Virus record (IMG/VR): IMGVR_UViG_3300011337_000669
Source: a virus
Taxonomy: Duplodnaviria; Caudoviricetes
Reading direction: 5' to 3' (one strand)
Length of the DNA stretch: 64,000 nt
The notes beneath the pieces were generated by a model. The model did not search any database. It was not told where the DNA came from and saw nothing but the letters and a program-made list of their open reading frames with translations. Below are positions 40,801 through 51,200 of the stretch, one piece after another. A program made the translations under genes and the position numbers. How positions within the stretch are numbered: position 1 is the stretch's first letter; each line of letters begins with the position of its first letter.

Positions 40801-42980
40801 TACTTTCTACATCCTGCAAAAAAAGATTCCAAAATACTATCAATACGAGTCTTATTAATTTCATTACCCAAAACTTTATTAACAATGACATTTAGAACTG
40901 ATGGATGGTCTACAACAATTTTCCATTGAAGAGTTCCAGTTCTCGATGTATTTTTGTAAGTATAAATTGGTTCAGGTCGACCCAAAAAATCAGATTGATT
41001 CCAGTTTGTGGATACGCTTTCAGTAAATGTCAATCCATAAGGTGGAAACCACATAACTCTACCACCATTAGGACCTCTCTCACAAACAGGTAAATCAGAC
41101 GTAGAAAAACCTGGAGTACTAGATGTTCTCCATGCCAAGTTTTCCAATGAGAACATATATTTCTTTGCAACCGCATTGTTCACGGTTCCAATTATATTTG
41201 TGGAATCCTGACCACCTTCTTGTTTATTTGGGGCTATGTTTAAGTTATATGTCTTATCAAGAACGGAATACGCAAATCTTCTTCCTTCAGTTGTAATACC
41301 ATCTGTTTTTTGTAAATCGTTATATTGTAAGTATGGTAAATCTTTGGCAAACACACGACAATATTCTGTACCAACTTCTTGGCCAATAGCACCGACATAT
41401 TTATAAACTCTTGAACCTTTAGTAAGTTCTTTATATCCATCATGGAATACTTTACTTACTTGGTCTATTGCATTTCCTACGTGTTGAAGACGTTTACCTC
41501 CTTGTGGTTGGCTATCAATTAATCTTTGTGTGTCATCAAGTATCGAACCTTGTCTGAATTCGTTGTTTACTGATTCGGTATCAACATAAGATGAGGCCAG
41601 ATTCGAAAGGGCTGAATCTGATGATGCGGGTATAATCTCACCACCAATACCTACTTTCTTACCAGCGTTACCTTTATACTTTGGTGAAACCCAAGTGAAA
41701 CCACCTTCGATTCCACCTCCATTACTGTAGGTAGGACCGTTCGCTCCCAATCTAATAGATCGACTTGGTCCTTCATATAACTGTGCCAACTCTGAAGGTC
41801 CATAAACTGGTGATTGTTGTTCAACCCCAAATTGATTAACGGGTACATCTCCAACAGGAGAAAATACTTGGGAAGGGTTGGAAGTTATACTTCCAACATA
41901 AAAATTACTATTGTCTGATACAGTACCCAATAGAGCTCCTCCTACTCTTTGGAAAAAGTTTCTTGGAAAATTTGGTTTGTATCTATTGAAATCTATGTTT
42001 TTGAACAATCGAGACCTTTGTCCCGCTCCCATGTTATTGAACATGATTTGAGAACCAGTCTCTCCTCCACCCATTAACCTATTAACAAACTTACCAACAC
42101 CACTTCTTCTAAAAGCGTTGGAAATTTGTTGTATCGTCGTTGGTTGTCCTAAAGTCGTATTTGGGTCAAAATATGAACCTGGTATAGGTGAAACAGGTAA
42201 TATACTTCCTCCCAATCTTAGTGCAAAGTTTGCTGCGGCAAGTATTGGGTTTGCAGTTACTGTAATGGTATAAACAGGTTCTATGATAGGTACCACACCT
42301 GTCAAAATGTTAACAAGGTCAGTACCACTACTAACATTAAGGATGTTTGCTCTTCCTAAAGTATCTTGTCGTATCTGCGCAGCAATTCTTTGTTCAAACT
42401 CTCTTCTCAAAGTTTGAGCACCTAAACGAGCAATAAATGAATCTTGACTCAATAAACCATTATTTCCACTTGGATCAGGGGACAATAATATTGATACAGG
42501 AGTATAATTAGAGGATACAAATGTTGTTGGATATGGTTGATTGTTGGAAGTATTCGTTGTAATCGGCCTATTTAACGAACCAAAAAACTCAGCACTATCT
42601 AATGGAAGTTGGTTTCCATTTGAAAAAACGTTTAGAGGTTTCCACTTTTGAGATTCTGGTAACGATTGACCTACAATATTTGCGTCTTGGTATCCGTATT
42701 CTCCCTCATTTGATTTTGTATTTAATAATGATCCAGGGTCAGGTACTTGTTCATAACCACCCTCATTACCATATTGGTTCAGTGGATATAGTTTGTTTGC
42801 AAAAGATGGTACATCAATTAATTGATCGGGACTATCTTGTACAGAAGTATCTGACTGAATATATTCAGTATTAATAGCTTGGGTTGGTCTATTGGGAGCC
42901 TTAGCATATGGAGTTAAGTTCCTAACAATAAGTTTCTTTCTAAACCCATCTGAATTTACAAAATCTAACGGACTTGCCAT
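37890..42980 (-). CDS. Large tail protein with tube-initiator-like and OmpA-like domains
   Basis: FPPYGLTFTESVSTNWNQSDFLGRPEPIYTYKNTSRTGTL is gp48/gp54-like. SAPATQGYNKELSDRRIKSM is OmpA-C-like. Confidence 0.6.
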   Translation of the reverse strand: MASPLDFVNSDGFRKKLIVRNLTPYAKAPNRPTQAINTEYIQSDTSVQDSPDQLIDVPSFANKLYPLNQYGNEGGYEQVPDPGSLLNTKSNEGEYGYQDANIVGQSLPESQKWKPLNVFSNGNQLPLDSAEFFGSLNRPITTNTSNNQPYPTTFVSSNYTPVSILLSPDPSGNNGLLSQDSFIARLGAQTLRREFEQRIAAQIRQDTLGRANILNVSSGTDLVNILTGVVPIIEPVYTITVTANPILAAANFALRLGGSILPVSPIPGSYFDPNTTLGQPTTIQQISNAFRRSGVGKFVNRLMGGGETGSQIMFNNMGAGQRSRLFKNIDFNRYKPNFPRNFFQRVGGALLGTVSDNSNFYVGSITSNPSQVFSPVGDVPVNQFGVEQQSPVYGPSELAQLYEGPSRSIRLGANGPTYSNGGGIEGGFTWVSPKYKGNAGKKVGIGGEIIPASSDSALSNLASSYVDTESVNNEFRQGSILDDTQRLIDSQPQGGKRLQHVGNAIDQVSKVFHDGYKELTKGSRVYKYVGAIGQEVGTEYCRVFAKDLPYLQYNDLQKTDGITTEGRRFAYSVLDKTYNLNIAPNKQEGGQDSTNIIGTVNNAVAKKYMFSLENLAWRTSSTPGFSTSDLPVCERGPNGGRVMWFPPYGLTFTESVSTNWNQSDFLGRPEPIYTYKNTSRTGTLQWKIVVDHPSVLNVIVNKVLGNEINKTRIDSILESFFAGCRKYDIYELAKLYSNVNPNDLFELQQAITSKEMSREQIIYTRGTIESGAFSPNGYDVPVAQSGGGGNTDLDFKKYVQLGFYFGNDYPKPKTEVNYTEEYVRYIGEKPEYATKSNASETATFFDTVVTPNYDVINQFAIELGKQLEVNTQGTVTIDIDSSCSAPATQGYNKELSDRRIKSMIKFFAENPATSKYVANQRLLVKPQNAFGENTNAEPLVSKTTSAPYTLPFDTGKRVNCTDKDVNTVGGDTQAGSKDIYTVPAMACRRSFISNIKSTLNNPQTGPNTQSIPGGQTNPNSGSGTVPVLIGNVVTQTVTEPVIEQRWEPRDNITKRVVRALLSECDYFEVIKETTPMVFDNLKDKLKFFQPSFHSITPEGLNSRLTFLQQCMRPGDTIPTVKQDGETQTLNYNKDASNTSFGAPPVLVLRVGDFYNTKIIPDGLSITYEGLDINPEGIGVQPMIANISMNFKFVGGSGLKESVDKLQNALTFNYYANTEIYDDRADATDIESSRILDQIFLAGEVPPPIPGINNGAPNNGQDNNSTIGNILSNVTDTSGNTTGILSYSTFMNKVVSTTQTYFTNIVNKSKESVNQYNNAVRQQWMLERNYTKGNFEINTDDVILFGKPNNVEKRFDTIFGELVKNITDNTEGFIEYISDPSKNLSPKLIRTIKQNYSNFVSRKRGSFENAISTITQSLVNEEQNYLQTLGRLNTILYSPVSSSNGTDGFQAKNGPVTIYVTSGTTDVHKSSTSSNTYLELVQDTAKIQDDIKKFNTVIERKTKFIYPATSTEYEGVLVYKTINGKSNEVTVQEVFKPFSTNPQFSSQPFRRVYMIVSDDVIDEKKYETFKQELIGNIIGNQSLLGNGSVDIEAIFDTYWTKTVRPVFLEENNITKSFIENLEKTDLKNYLIYTPFDSNKQRNFTFTSVDPSGPSEKQTKENLIKGLANTTNQNTNVLTWNDLNGNLPNAYISKAKLN

Positions 42981-43054
42981 TTATAATTCTTTTTTAATAA
43001 ATAGAGAAAAAGTAATTTTTATACGAATTGTATTGTCTCCGTTTTAGATTTCCG

Positions 43055-44854
43055 TTATGCATCCTTTTTGGATATCTCCTTTATAATATTTTCGAATTCT
43101 TGACTTGCAAATTTATCTTTTAATATCATTGACAATTCATCTTTTTGTTGGATACTAAGTCCGATAGGAAAATTATCAAAGTTTACATTAACATCTATTT
43201 CTCCATCTAAGTTAAGATTTGTAGGATTCCCTTGGTTTTGTGGTTGTGTTGTTCCTAATGGACTTGAACTATTTGGGACAATTGGAATTGTTTGGTATTT
43301 TGTAGTTCCCTGTTCTGTAGTTGAAGCTTCGGTTTTGAACATATTTCGAGATAAATTTCTGAGAGTTTCATCTAAATTAGGAATCTCTCCACCACTTTCC
43401 CTCAATTTTTCTTTAATACTTTCTGAAGCTTTATTAATCAGTCCTTTAGTTGATTCCGTAAGATCTCCAAATTTACTCATAGCAATAGCTCCAATACTAT
43501 CCGCTATTTCTTCTGGATTTATGTCTCCCTTCGCAATTTTACCCTTGAGTTCATCAATAGCACCCGCCATTTGGTTAGTCAATGTTTCAGATTTTTCCCT
43601 AACATCTTTTGTTGTGACTTTTTCTCCAGCTCCTCTCAAAAACGCATCTGATGCCGTTCGTGCTTGTTCTGTCAATTGTTGAATATTTTTATCTGTCAAA
43701 AGTCCACCAGTAAGAGCATATTTGATTGCGGCAACATCATTTTTTACTATTTCATCAATACCCAATTGAGCTCTAGCATAATCTTCAAGTGTTTTAGGCC
43801 CATTTTTTTGAGCTTCTATTAATTTGTTGAATTCATCTTGTTGTAAGTCTGCTAATTGTTGTGGTCTCCCGTCCTCCAATGTAACTGTGTAAACTCCATC
43901 CTTTAACTTAAGAATGTTTGCTAAATATTGTTTGTCTTCTTCGGTTGCAATTTTAAGACCCGCAGCATCAACTGCTGAAAGTCTTTGGTCCAATTCAGCC
44001 GCCGAAACCCCCAACTTTGCCATTTCAGCTGCCGAGATTCCTGTGGTTTCAGCCAATTCTCTGAATCTTAAGATTCCATCTTGACTTACTTTGAAAGATT
44101 TTGTTTTATCGTCAAAATAAGTAAACTGTTTAGAAATTTCAATCAAACTATCTTGTATTCCTGATGGGTCATTTAGTGATTGACTCAGCAGTTGAAGTGG
44201 GTCTCCAAGTGAACCTACCGCCAATCCTAGTCTTTGAAATGAAGAGGCAGCTTCAATTGCTGCTTCTGGTGATAAAAGTTTATCCGCAAATGCAAAGGTT
44301 TTACCCATGTCAAATCTTAACATGGAAGCTTGTGCCGCCATCTTTGTTAAACCCAAAACACCATTATCAAACTGAAAACGATTCATTTGGTCCATGTTTT
44401 TCGACACATCTTGCATGACTTGTCTAGCATTCCCTCCAATACTCTGAACGTATTCGACAGATTCTTCAAGTGTTTCAGAAATGTGTTCCAAACCCATACC
44501 AACGTTCAAAAAACCATCAGTCAGATCTTTAGCACTGACACCTAAAACTTTAGAGGCGGCATATAACTTTTCAACATCTTCTTGATTTGCAATAACATTT
44601 CGTCTTGAGGCTTGTGCTACTTCATCGATTACTTTAGCGGTTGACCCGATATCTCCACCAAGTCTTCTAATATTTGGCAACGCATCCATAATAGACCGTT
44701 GGAACTCAAATACACGTTCTCTTCCTTGTGTGAACGTACCAATAATTTGATTACTATACTGGTCTAAAAGTTGTCTTGACTTATTAATGTCAAAACTTGC
44801 TAACGGGTCTAATTTTTCAGATTGTCCTCCAGGTGTTGCGTCTTGAAAAAACAT
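43055..44854 (-). CDS. Tape measure protein-like
   Basis: Helical Ala/Leu/Gln-rich 599-aa protein directly downstream of the tube and chaperone genes. Confidence 0.7.
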   Translation of the reverse strand: MFFQDATPGGQSEKLDPLASFDINKSRQLLDQYSNQIIGTFTQGRERVFEFQRSIMDALPNIRRLGGDIGSTAKVIDEVAQASRRNVIANQEDVEKLYAASKVLGVSAKDLTDGFLNVGMGLEHISETLEESVEYVQSIGGNARQVMQDVSKNMDQMNRFQFDNGVLGLTKMAAQASMLRFDMGKTFAFADKLLSPEAAIEAASSFQRLGLAVGSLGDPLQLLSQSLNDPSGIQDSLIEISKQFTYFDDKTKSFKVSQDGILRFRELAETTGISAAEMAKLGVSAAELDQRLSAVDAAGLKIATEEDKQYLANILKLKDGVYTVTLEDGRPQQLADLQQDEFNKLIEAQKNGPKTLEDYARAQLGIDEIVKNDVAAIKYALTGGLLTDKNIQQLTEQARTASDAFLRGAGEKVTTKDVREKSETLTNQMAGAIDELKGKIAKGDINPEEIADSIGAIAMSKFGDLTESTKGLINKASESIKEKLRESGGEIPNLDETLRNLSRNMFKTEASTTEQGTTKYQTIPIVPNSSSPLGTTQPQNQGNPTNLNLDGEIDVNVNFDNFPIGLSIQQKDELSMILKDKFASQEFENIIKEISKKDA

Positions 44855-44880
44855 AGTTGATTGTTATATATATAAATATA

Positions 44881-44903
44881 AAAGGACTGATTTTTCAGTC
44901 CTT
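44881..44903 (-). terminator. Intrinsic terminator
   Basis: Stem aaggactga/tcagtcctt followed by a T-run on the minus strand. Confidence 0.8.
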
Positions 44904-45047
44904 CTTATTATTTTCAACCCATTTATCCAAAAGATACTTCCTAACAAATATTGGCATAATTAAAAAATCCGAATATGATATGTTCAAAAGTGTTTTGAGA
45001 TAATAAAGTTCATCGATTTGACCTTTTCTATAATCAGAAGAAAGGGC
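44895..45047 (-). CDS. Putative frameshift-accessed C-terminal extension of the tail chaperone
   Basis: Open +1 frame ALSSDYRKGQIDELYYLKTLLNISYSDFLIMPIFVRKYLLDKWVENNKKD with no upstream ATG. It begins at a TTT TTT C slippery site and ends at a terminator. Confidence 0.6.
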   Translation of the reverse strand, partial: ALSSDYRKGQIDELYYLKTLLNISYSDFLIMPIFVRKYLLDKWVENNKKD

Positions 45048-45777
45048 GAAAAAAGTCAACCCCAAATCCAACATTGACTGTTAGCTTCTCTCCTGATGGG
45101 GCCATTACTGTTCTCGTTAAATCTAATCTCGGTTCATTATCATCCATGAACTTTCTAATATATTTGGAATCTGCTATAGGCATCTGGTCAATAAATTTTG
45201 AAATTTCAGACCTATCAGTCACTCCATTAATTTCTATAATCTGTTTATTCAATCTCCAAGTTACTCTTGGAGCGGTTCTACCTTGTGGATACGACTCTGA
45301 CATTTTTTGAACTTCCAAAATTTCACCGTAAGTCATTGGTTTTAATTTTACTGTTGTTTGAGACTTTGGTAACTGAGTTATAAATGTACCATCGTCATTA
45401 GGTTGAACACCCTTAATAATATCTAATTCGTCCAATCTAACAGTTGATTTGAATGATTTTTTCGTAATCGGGTCGATTAAATTTAATTCCATTTCAGGAC
45501 CAAATGCTGTATTCCTTAAGAATATTAATATTGCCTCAATATCTCCTTCTAACATATCCTCAATACGAACATCTGGTTCATAAATTTTAGATCTCAATAA
45601 AATTTGAGTCATGTCATTACCACCAGCCATGAGAATGTTTTCATCATTTGCTGTAAGATATCCTACTTTAATAGACTTCTTTTTATTTTTGTAGAAGAGA
45701 CCTTGTGTCGGTAAAGGCACAACGTCGTGAGGTAACGAAAAATTCGATTGTCCGTGTTCTCTTGCTTGATTATCCAT
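45034..45777 (-). CDS. Tail assembly chaperone / baseplate hub assembly protein (gp26-like)
   Basis: LPHDVVPLPTQGLFY, YLTANDENIL, DIEAILIFLRNTAFG and C-terminal DFFRP. Lies between the tube and tape measure genes. Confidence 0.75.
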   Translation of the reverse strand: MDNQAREHGQSNFSLPHDVVPLPTQGLFYKNKKKSIKVGYLTANDENILMAGGNDMTQILLRSKIYEPDVRIEDMLEGDIEAILIFLRNTAFGPEMELNLIDPITKKSFKSTVRLDELDIIKGVQPNDDGTFITQLPKSQTTVKLKPMTYGEILEVQKMSESYPQGRTAPRVTWRLNKQIIEINGVTDRSEISKFIDQMPIADSKYIRKFMDDNEPRLDLTRTVMAPSGEKLTVNVGFGVDFFRPFF

Positions 45778-45784
45778 ATAAAAA

Positions 45785-45817
45785 TTTAACCGTAAAGTTT
45801 AGTTCTTTACGGTTAAA
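45785..45817. terminator. Inverted repeat, probable terminator after the free-standing endonuclease
   Basis: 13-bp perfect stem tttaaccgtaaag/ctttacggttaaa with 7-nt loop. Confidence 0.7.
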
Positions 45818-45836
45818 TATAATTCTAATTAATTTT

Positions 45837-46745
45837 TTATAAAGACAATTTTTTTCTTAACTCTGAAATAACCCATTCTGGTCTTTCATTAATGTCTTTT
45901 TCCCAATAACGAATTAAAGTAATATTATGGTTTTCACACCAAGTATTTTTTCTTTTGTCATTTGATAAATTTTTTTTCTGTATATCGTATTCCGCAGTTA
46001 AGTATTTACTATTAGGGTTACAATGATAAAAATCCCCATCAACCTCTATTATTATTTTATTATTGGGAATGTAAAAATCAAAAAAAGTTTTTATATTAGA
46101 AACTAAATGATTATGAATATAATCAATATCTTTAATATACCCAATCTCATCTAGTATTTTCATAAACTTATCCTCTAATTTGGAGGTTTTCACTATTGAA
46201 TTTTTTCTCATCCACTCCAACTTATATTGAGACTGATTAATCCTCAACTGTGGATTATCTTCGTAACGTTTTTTTTGTGAAATAGATAACTTTCGTTTAG
46301 ATTCTTCTGTTTTTGGAACACCTTTTAATTTTTCAGATATTCGTTTCCCTCTTTCTTTATTGTTTCGTAATTTTTCTTTAATACCTTCTATTTTGGATAA
46401 AGTTTCTTCAGATTTAATTTCCCACCATCCTTTATACTTTCCCTCTTTCCAATTTTTCTTTTGGGTTTGGAGAGCCTTTTTATGGGTTTCAGGATTTTTA
46501 TGGTAATTATTTTTACCTAAAACCCTATTATGGTGTGATTTAATAAATCTTGAGAATCCTTTCCCTATTGAAATAAAGGGGGGTATACCTCCACAACCAC
46601 ATTCACACTTCGGTTCTACACCTTTCAAAGCATATTCGATATAAATCTTATCACCACTTATATTGTGTTTTTGTACAGAATGACTTCTTAATGAATTAAG
46701 ACTGTCACATTTTTTTTGGCATATATTACAAACAAAAATTCCCAT
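45837..46745 (-). CDS. Free-standing Vsr/DUF559 (EDxHD-type) homing endonuclease with C2H2 zinc finger and NUMOD3-like motif
   Basis: CNIC...H....H, CECGCG, KGVPKTEESKRKLS, DFY...IIEVDGDFYH and LIRYWEKD. Start moved to ATG at 46745. Confidence 0.8.
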   Translation of the reverse strand: MGIFVCNICQKKCDSLNSLRSHSVQKHNISGDKIYIEYALKGVEPKCECGCGGIPPFISIGKGFSRFIKSHHNRVLGKNNYHKNPETHKKALQTQKKNWKEGKYKGWWEIKSEETLSKIEGIKEKLRNNKERGKRISEKLKGVPKTEESKRKLSISQKKRYEDNPQLRINQSQYKLEWMRKNSIVKTSKLEDKFMKILDEIGYIKDIDYIHNHLVSNIKTFFDFYIPNNKIIIEVDGDFYHCNPNSKYLTAEYDIQKKNLSNDKRKNTWCENHNITLIRYWEKDINERPEWVISELRKKLSL

Positions 46746-46806
46746 ATAAATAAATATATGGGAATTTAACAACATTGTAAATGGTTAGATATATTTTAGT
46801 AGTAAA

Positions 46807-47295
46807 CTAGTAAACCAACACACAACGATCCATACGAAGTGTAGCGTTGATTGTTGCCAATCCATCCTGTGCGTAACTCAAAGAGTTGAAGTTAACGTCA
46901 GTCAAGAATGTTCCATAAAGAATCCATTTTTCTACAACAACACCAGTTGGGTCCAGCATTTCAAGGTCAATATCTTTTTTGTAACCCGCAGCATAACCCA
47001 TACGACCTGTCACAGATTCTGCATGTAAACGTACCCATTCCATAAGAGCTTGTGCCGCAGAAGGTCCAATTGGATCTCTAAACACCGCTGGAATTGTTTG
47101 CCAAGTGAACTTACCAGCAACATAAGTTTCAGTATTCAAGAAAGGAATTGGAACGGAGTTTATAATAATATGTGGTCTTGCAGAAGATTCAACAAACCAT
47201 TCATTTATACCAAGAGATGATGGAAACCTTAGGATAAAACGATTCTGTCGTTTTGGTTCGTAAGGAATCGGCATTTTCATTAACAAATCAGCCAT
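46807..47295 (-). CDS. Tail tube protein (gp19-like)
   Basis: EPKRQNRFILRF, YVAGKFTWQTI, YKKDIDLEMLDPTG and W.LYG.F.TDVNF motifs. Confidence 0.93.
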   Translation of the reverse strand: MADLLMKMPIPYEPKRQNRFILRFPSSLGINEWFVESSARPHIIINSVPIPFLNTETYVAGKFTWQTIPAVFRDPIGPSAAQALMEWVRLHAESVTGRMGYAAGYKKDIDLEMLDPTGVVVEKWILYGTFLTDVNFNSLSYAQDGLATINATLRMDRCVLVY

Positions 47296-47388
47296 GTGTT
47301 TTTAATTTTTTTGTTTTTGTTATTTTATTGATAAATATATCCTTTCACAAAAATTTTTCTATTTACTTTTTTTTTGAAAATGATATTC

Positions 47389-48219
47389 TTATTTAACTTC
47401 CTGCTTAAATCCTCCAGCAGTAGAATAAGTCTTTACTATATTATCTGGTTTATTTTTGAAGTGCTTTTGCATTACTTCTATATTTTTTGGATCATCGTCA
47501 CTAAATCCTATTGATAAGTTTTCTGGATTAAATTTATTACTAATATCCTTTTTTAAGAATGCCTTTTTATTAAGTATTGCTGCCATAGCTTTTATGTAAT
47601 TTACAAAAGCCTCCATAGCCTCTACTTTAGCTTCTTCAGGATTGACAGCACCTTTGTCATCACCAAAAGAAACTGGATGGTACTTATTAAGTTCTAAATA
47701 TGACTTAATTAATTCTTCATCCGTCATTTCATCTTCACCTACAAAAGACCTATATTTTTTAAGATTTTTAATTAATTCGTCTTTATCTATCCCGTTGAAC
47801 CCTTCTATAATATAGTTATAAATTGCTTCTTTTATAGTGTTTGGGTTATGTCCCCTCGCAGTAATTATCGCAAATATCGAACCATTATTAATTGCTTCCT
47901 TAAAATCATCGAATGCCGGACCTTTTTTTGCTCTCATAGCATCCACCAAAAAATCTTTATCCCCATCGGTTCTAAAGTTTCTGAATGGTGAGTCACTATA
48001 ACCCACAATTGTATTACCTTTATAATTAAATGGTTCTTTTCCTATCTGATGTCTAAACTCCGCAAAATCATCAGTGGACATTCCAACTTCATTACCACTC
48101 TCATCTTTAACTAAAATTTTAGTTGGCATATGGACTATATTATCGTCCCAATCGAACGCATAATATTTTAAGTCTGGAGTACCCTCACTTTTGAATCCTT
48201 CTGTAAACTCTCTTTTCAT
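47389..48219 (-). CDS. HAD-superfamily phosphatase-like protein
   Basis: FDWDDN (DxD motif I), IITARGH (motif II) and GFSDDD (motif IV). Confidence 0.65.
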   Translation of the reverse strand: MKREFTEGFKSEGTPDLKYYAFDWDDNIVHMPTKILVKDESGNEVGMSTDDFAEFRHQIGKEPFNYKGNTIVGYSDSPFRNFRTDGDKDFLVDAMRAKKGPAFDDFKEAINNGSIFAIITARGHNPNTIKEAIYNYIIEGFNGIDKDELIKNLKKYRSFVGEDEMTDEELIKSYLELNKYHPVSFGDDKGAVNPEEAKVEAMEAFVNYIKAMAAILNKKAFLKKDISNKFNPENLSIGFSDDDPKNIEVMQKHFKNKPDNIVKTYSTAGGFKQEVK

Positions 48220-48228
48220 TTGGCTAAA

Positions 48229-48247
48229 GGGGGGATATTATCCCCCC
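48229..48247 (-). terminator. Putative terminator after sheath gene
   Basis: Stem ggggggat/atcccccc followed by TTT on the minus strand. Confidence 0.7.
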
Positions 48248-48258
48248 ATAAATTGTTA

Positions 48259-51200
48259 TTAGATATTTTCGAACGAAGCTCCTGTTGGAGTGATAAAGAA
48301 TTCGATATCGATGAATTCTAATGCCTTCGTTGGTTTTAAGTATATCTTACCTGTTAATGTATTTCTATCTAAGTCTTCAGGTGTTGAAGAAACTGTTACT
48401 CTGAAGTCATAAAGACCTCTGTCTCTTCTGATTGAATCTAAGATAGGGTTAACACTATCTAAGAATTGTTGTCTAACGATTTGGTCGTTTTGTTCGAACA
48501 ATAATCTTACAGCTACTGCTGAAATTAACTTTCTTGCTTGAAGTAACAATCTTCTTACGTTCAATCTGTTAAGTGCGGTATCAGCAACTTGTAAAGTTTT
48601 GTTACCCCAAATTACAGTTCCTACATCAGAGAAAGTTGCGATAGGGTTAATTCTACCTTGATACAATGTATCTCTATCTTCCTGAGTCAGTTTAACTCTT
48701 GCCTTGATTGAGTTCACAAGACCTCTTGTGTAACCCGCTGATGCGAACCAAGGGAATGCAATGTTATCTGTCAATGCTAAGTTTCTACAAACTTCACCTG
48801 TCGCAGGTAAGTAAATTTGTGTATTATTAACAGTATCTCTTGTAAGAATCCAAGGATAGTAAGTTGCAGTGTAGTTAGAATCAATTCCTGTGTTATCCAA
48901 GTTATCAACTGCTTCTTGAGAATAAATGATATCTTGAGGATTAGTAGCATCAGGAGTATACATGTTGTAATCAGGAGTAGTTGCAATGTAAACTGAATCT
49001 GCTCTTGAGAATTGTACCATGTCGATAGCTTCTTCTACAAGGTTAGAGTTGTTTACATAATCAATACTTGATGTTGCGAATACGTTGATGTTAGTTGATT
49101 CAGGATTTGCGAATGTCAAGATACCAAGTAAGTAAGCATAGTAGTCGGTGTTTGCAAAATCTTGAGTATTGTTTTGAACTACAATTCTTTTGAATAGACC
49201 ATCACCAGTTGCATTTGGATATCTTGTTGAAGCGGATGCTCCTGCCAAGTAACCTGCAGCTCCTAATTGGAATCTATCTTGATTAGTTCTAAACTCTCTA
49301 TAGATATCCCATCCATCAAATCCACCCGCAAAACATACTGTATATTTTCTTGAGTAAATAAAGTAGTAAGGGTTTTCTTGAGTTTCAGGATCAGTTGTGA
49401 AGTTTGCTACACCACATTCAAAAGCAGTTTGACCACTAGTTAAAAACGAATTAGCAATTGTTACAACAGTAGCACCTGAATCCATATGGAAACCTTTACT
49501 TAAGTAATTCCAAGATGAACCATCAACAGGTACTGGAGACGCAATCCAGTTCAATGGATTTTGTGTTCCTTTATATTGTAAGAATGAATCATCAACCCCA
49601 AATTGACTTGAGAAACCTAAATAACTTCTTCTCACAATGTCACCTGAAGATTCAACAACGTCAGTCGGTGCTCCGAAAGGAGGATTATAAATTACTTCAC
49701 CAGGGAAATAATATTTTGTTTTGAAAATTGGAACTGGTGAAGGGTTCGTTACTGATGAGTATTCTCTTTGAGTATACCCGTAGAAACCACAAGGAATTGC
49801 ATCAATTGGTGCTTCATCCGCCAATTCAATCATTATATATCGTGAAATCAAAGCGTATTCACCATCAGTAGAACCTATTTTCTTAGCAACAAAGTTGTTA
49901 GAAGATGGGTCCATGTTACAGTTAGTAAATTTCTCAATAACAACTGGATTTGCATCGGTGTCGAAGAAATTTCTTACCAATACGTCAAACGTCATATTAT
50001 TAAAAGATAAATTAGCAATTGAAACTTTCACCTCAGTGTTTGCTGCGTTACCGTCAGAAATTGAAACAAATTTGAATAAGTTATAAACTTTATTACCTCT
50101 TAATTCAGAAACTAAGAATGGTGTACTTGGTGCTTTATATTGTGTTACGTTATAAGCGATTGATGTTGGGTCTTGACTTCTTGCGTCTGGTAGATTAATT
50201 AAATTACAACTTAAACCACGAATATATCCTTGGTTATAAGCGTAATTCAAAGTATTAGGGTAAATCTCTTCAACATAAACAGGAACCTCGTTTCTTGATT
50301 TACCGAAGTTATCAACACCAAGAACTTTAGTGATGAACTTAGAAGACGATGCCGCCATTGAAGTCTCAAAAGAGAAATTGTCTCCGTCTTTTGTTACACC
50401 TGAAATTAAGAATGATTCAAAAGGAGATTGAGTAACACCCGAGTATTGTCCACTACAATTCAAAATTAAATCTGATAATGTGTTAACTTCATAAATCGGC
50501 CCGTGGTTGTCACTTGTAGAACTATTAGTGTATAAAGATATACCTCTTGAACGTAAAGTCGCAACAACCATGTTGTTGTATTCTGAATACGCAGTTCCTG
50601 AGTAATTGTAAACACTTCCAGATATTGTACCTGAGAATGTTGAAGATGCTCCCGAAGTTAATGAAGAAACGTAATAGAAGAATGAATATCCGGAATATGC
50701 GTTACCTGATGTAATATCAAAGTTAGCATAATACCATGGGTCATTCGCGTCAGATGATAAGTCGTTAGTCGCAAGATTAACTGTATCACATCCATATTCA
50801 TTTATTACGTTTGAATAAGTTGCTGTCAAGTCATAAAAGTCAGATTCAGGCATCGCTCCATAAACAACCGCAGTATTAGCGGATAAAGAAGGAGTATCCA
50901 TGATATTGTCAAGGTTACTTGTGAAATCTAATCCTAAAGTTGATGTACTACCATCAGACAATCTATATTGAGTGTTAAAGTTTGCAAGAACTTGCGGAGG
51001 TAATGCCCCACCTGTAAATGTTACAGTATTTCCTGAAGATGAACCTGAGAAATTTGCCGTCCATGTAGTTCCAGTCGCAGGATTAAGACCGATAGTTAAC
51101 GGGTCAACGTTTGCGGTTACTTTAATACTCCAAGAAGGTCCGGCATCATAACCTGATAGACCTAATACTCTTGTTACAAAAAGTTGATTAGATTGTTGTA

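Noticed and set aside
43000-43057. Possible readthrough of the tape measure stop (TAA CGG ...)
   Set aside because: Only 11 codons follow before another TAA, and there is no supporting signal
44974-45050. Canonical -1 frameshift at the chaperone slippery site
   Set aside because: The -1 frame closes after about 20 codons, while the +1/-2 frame gives the longer chaperone-like extension
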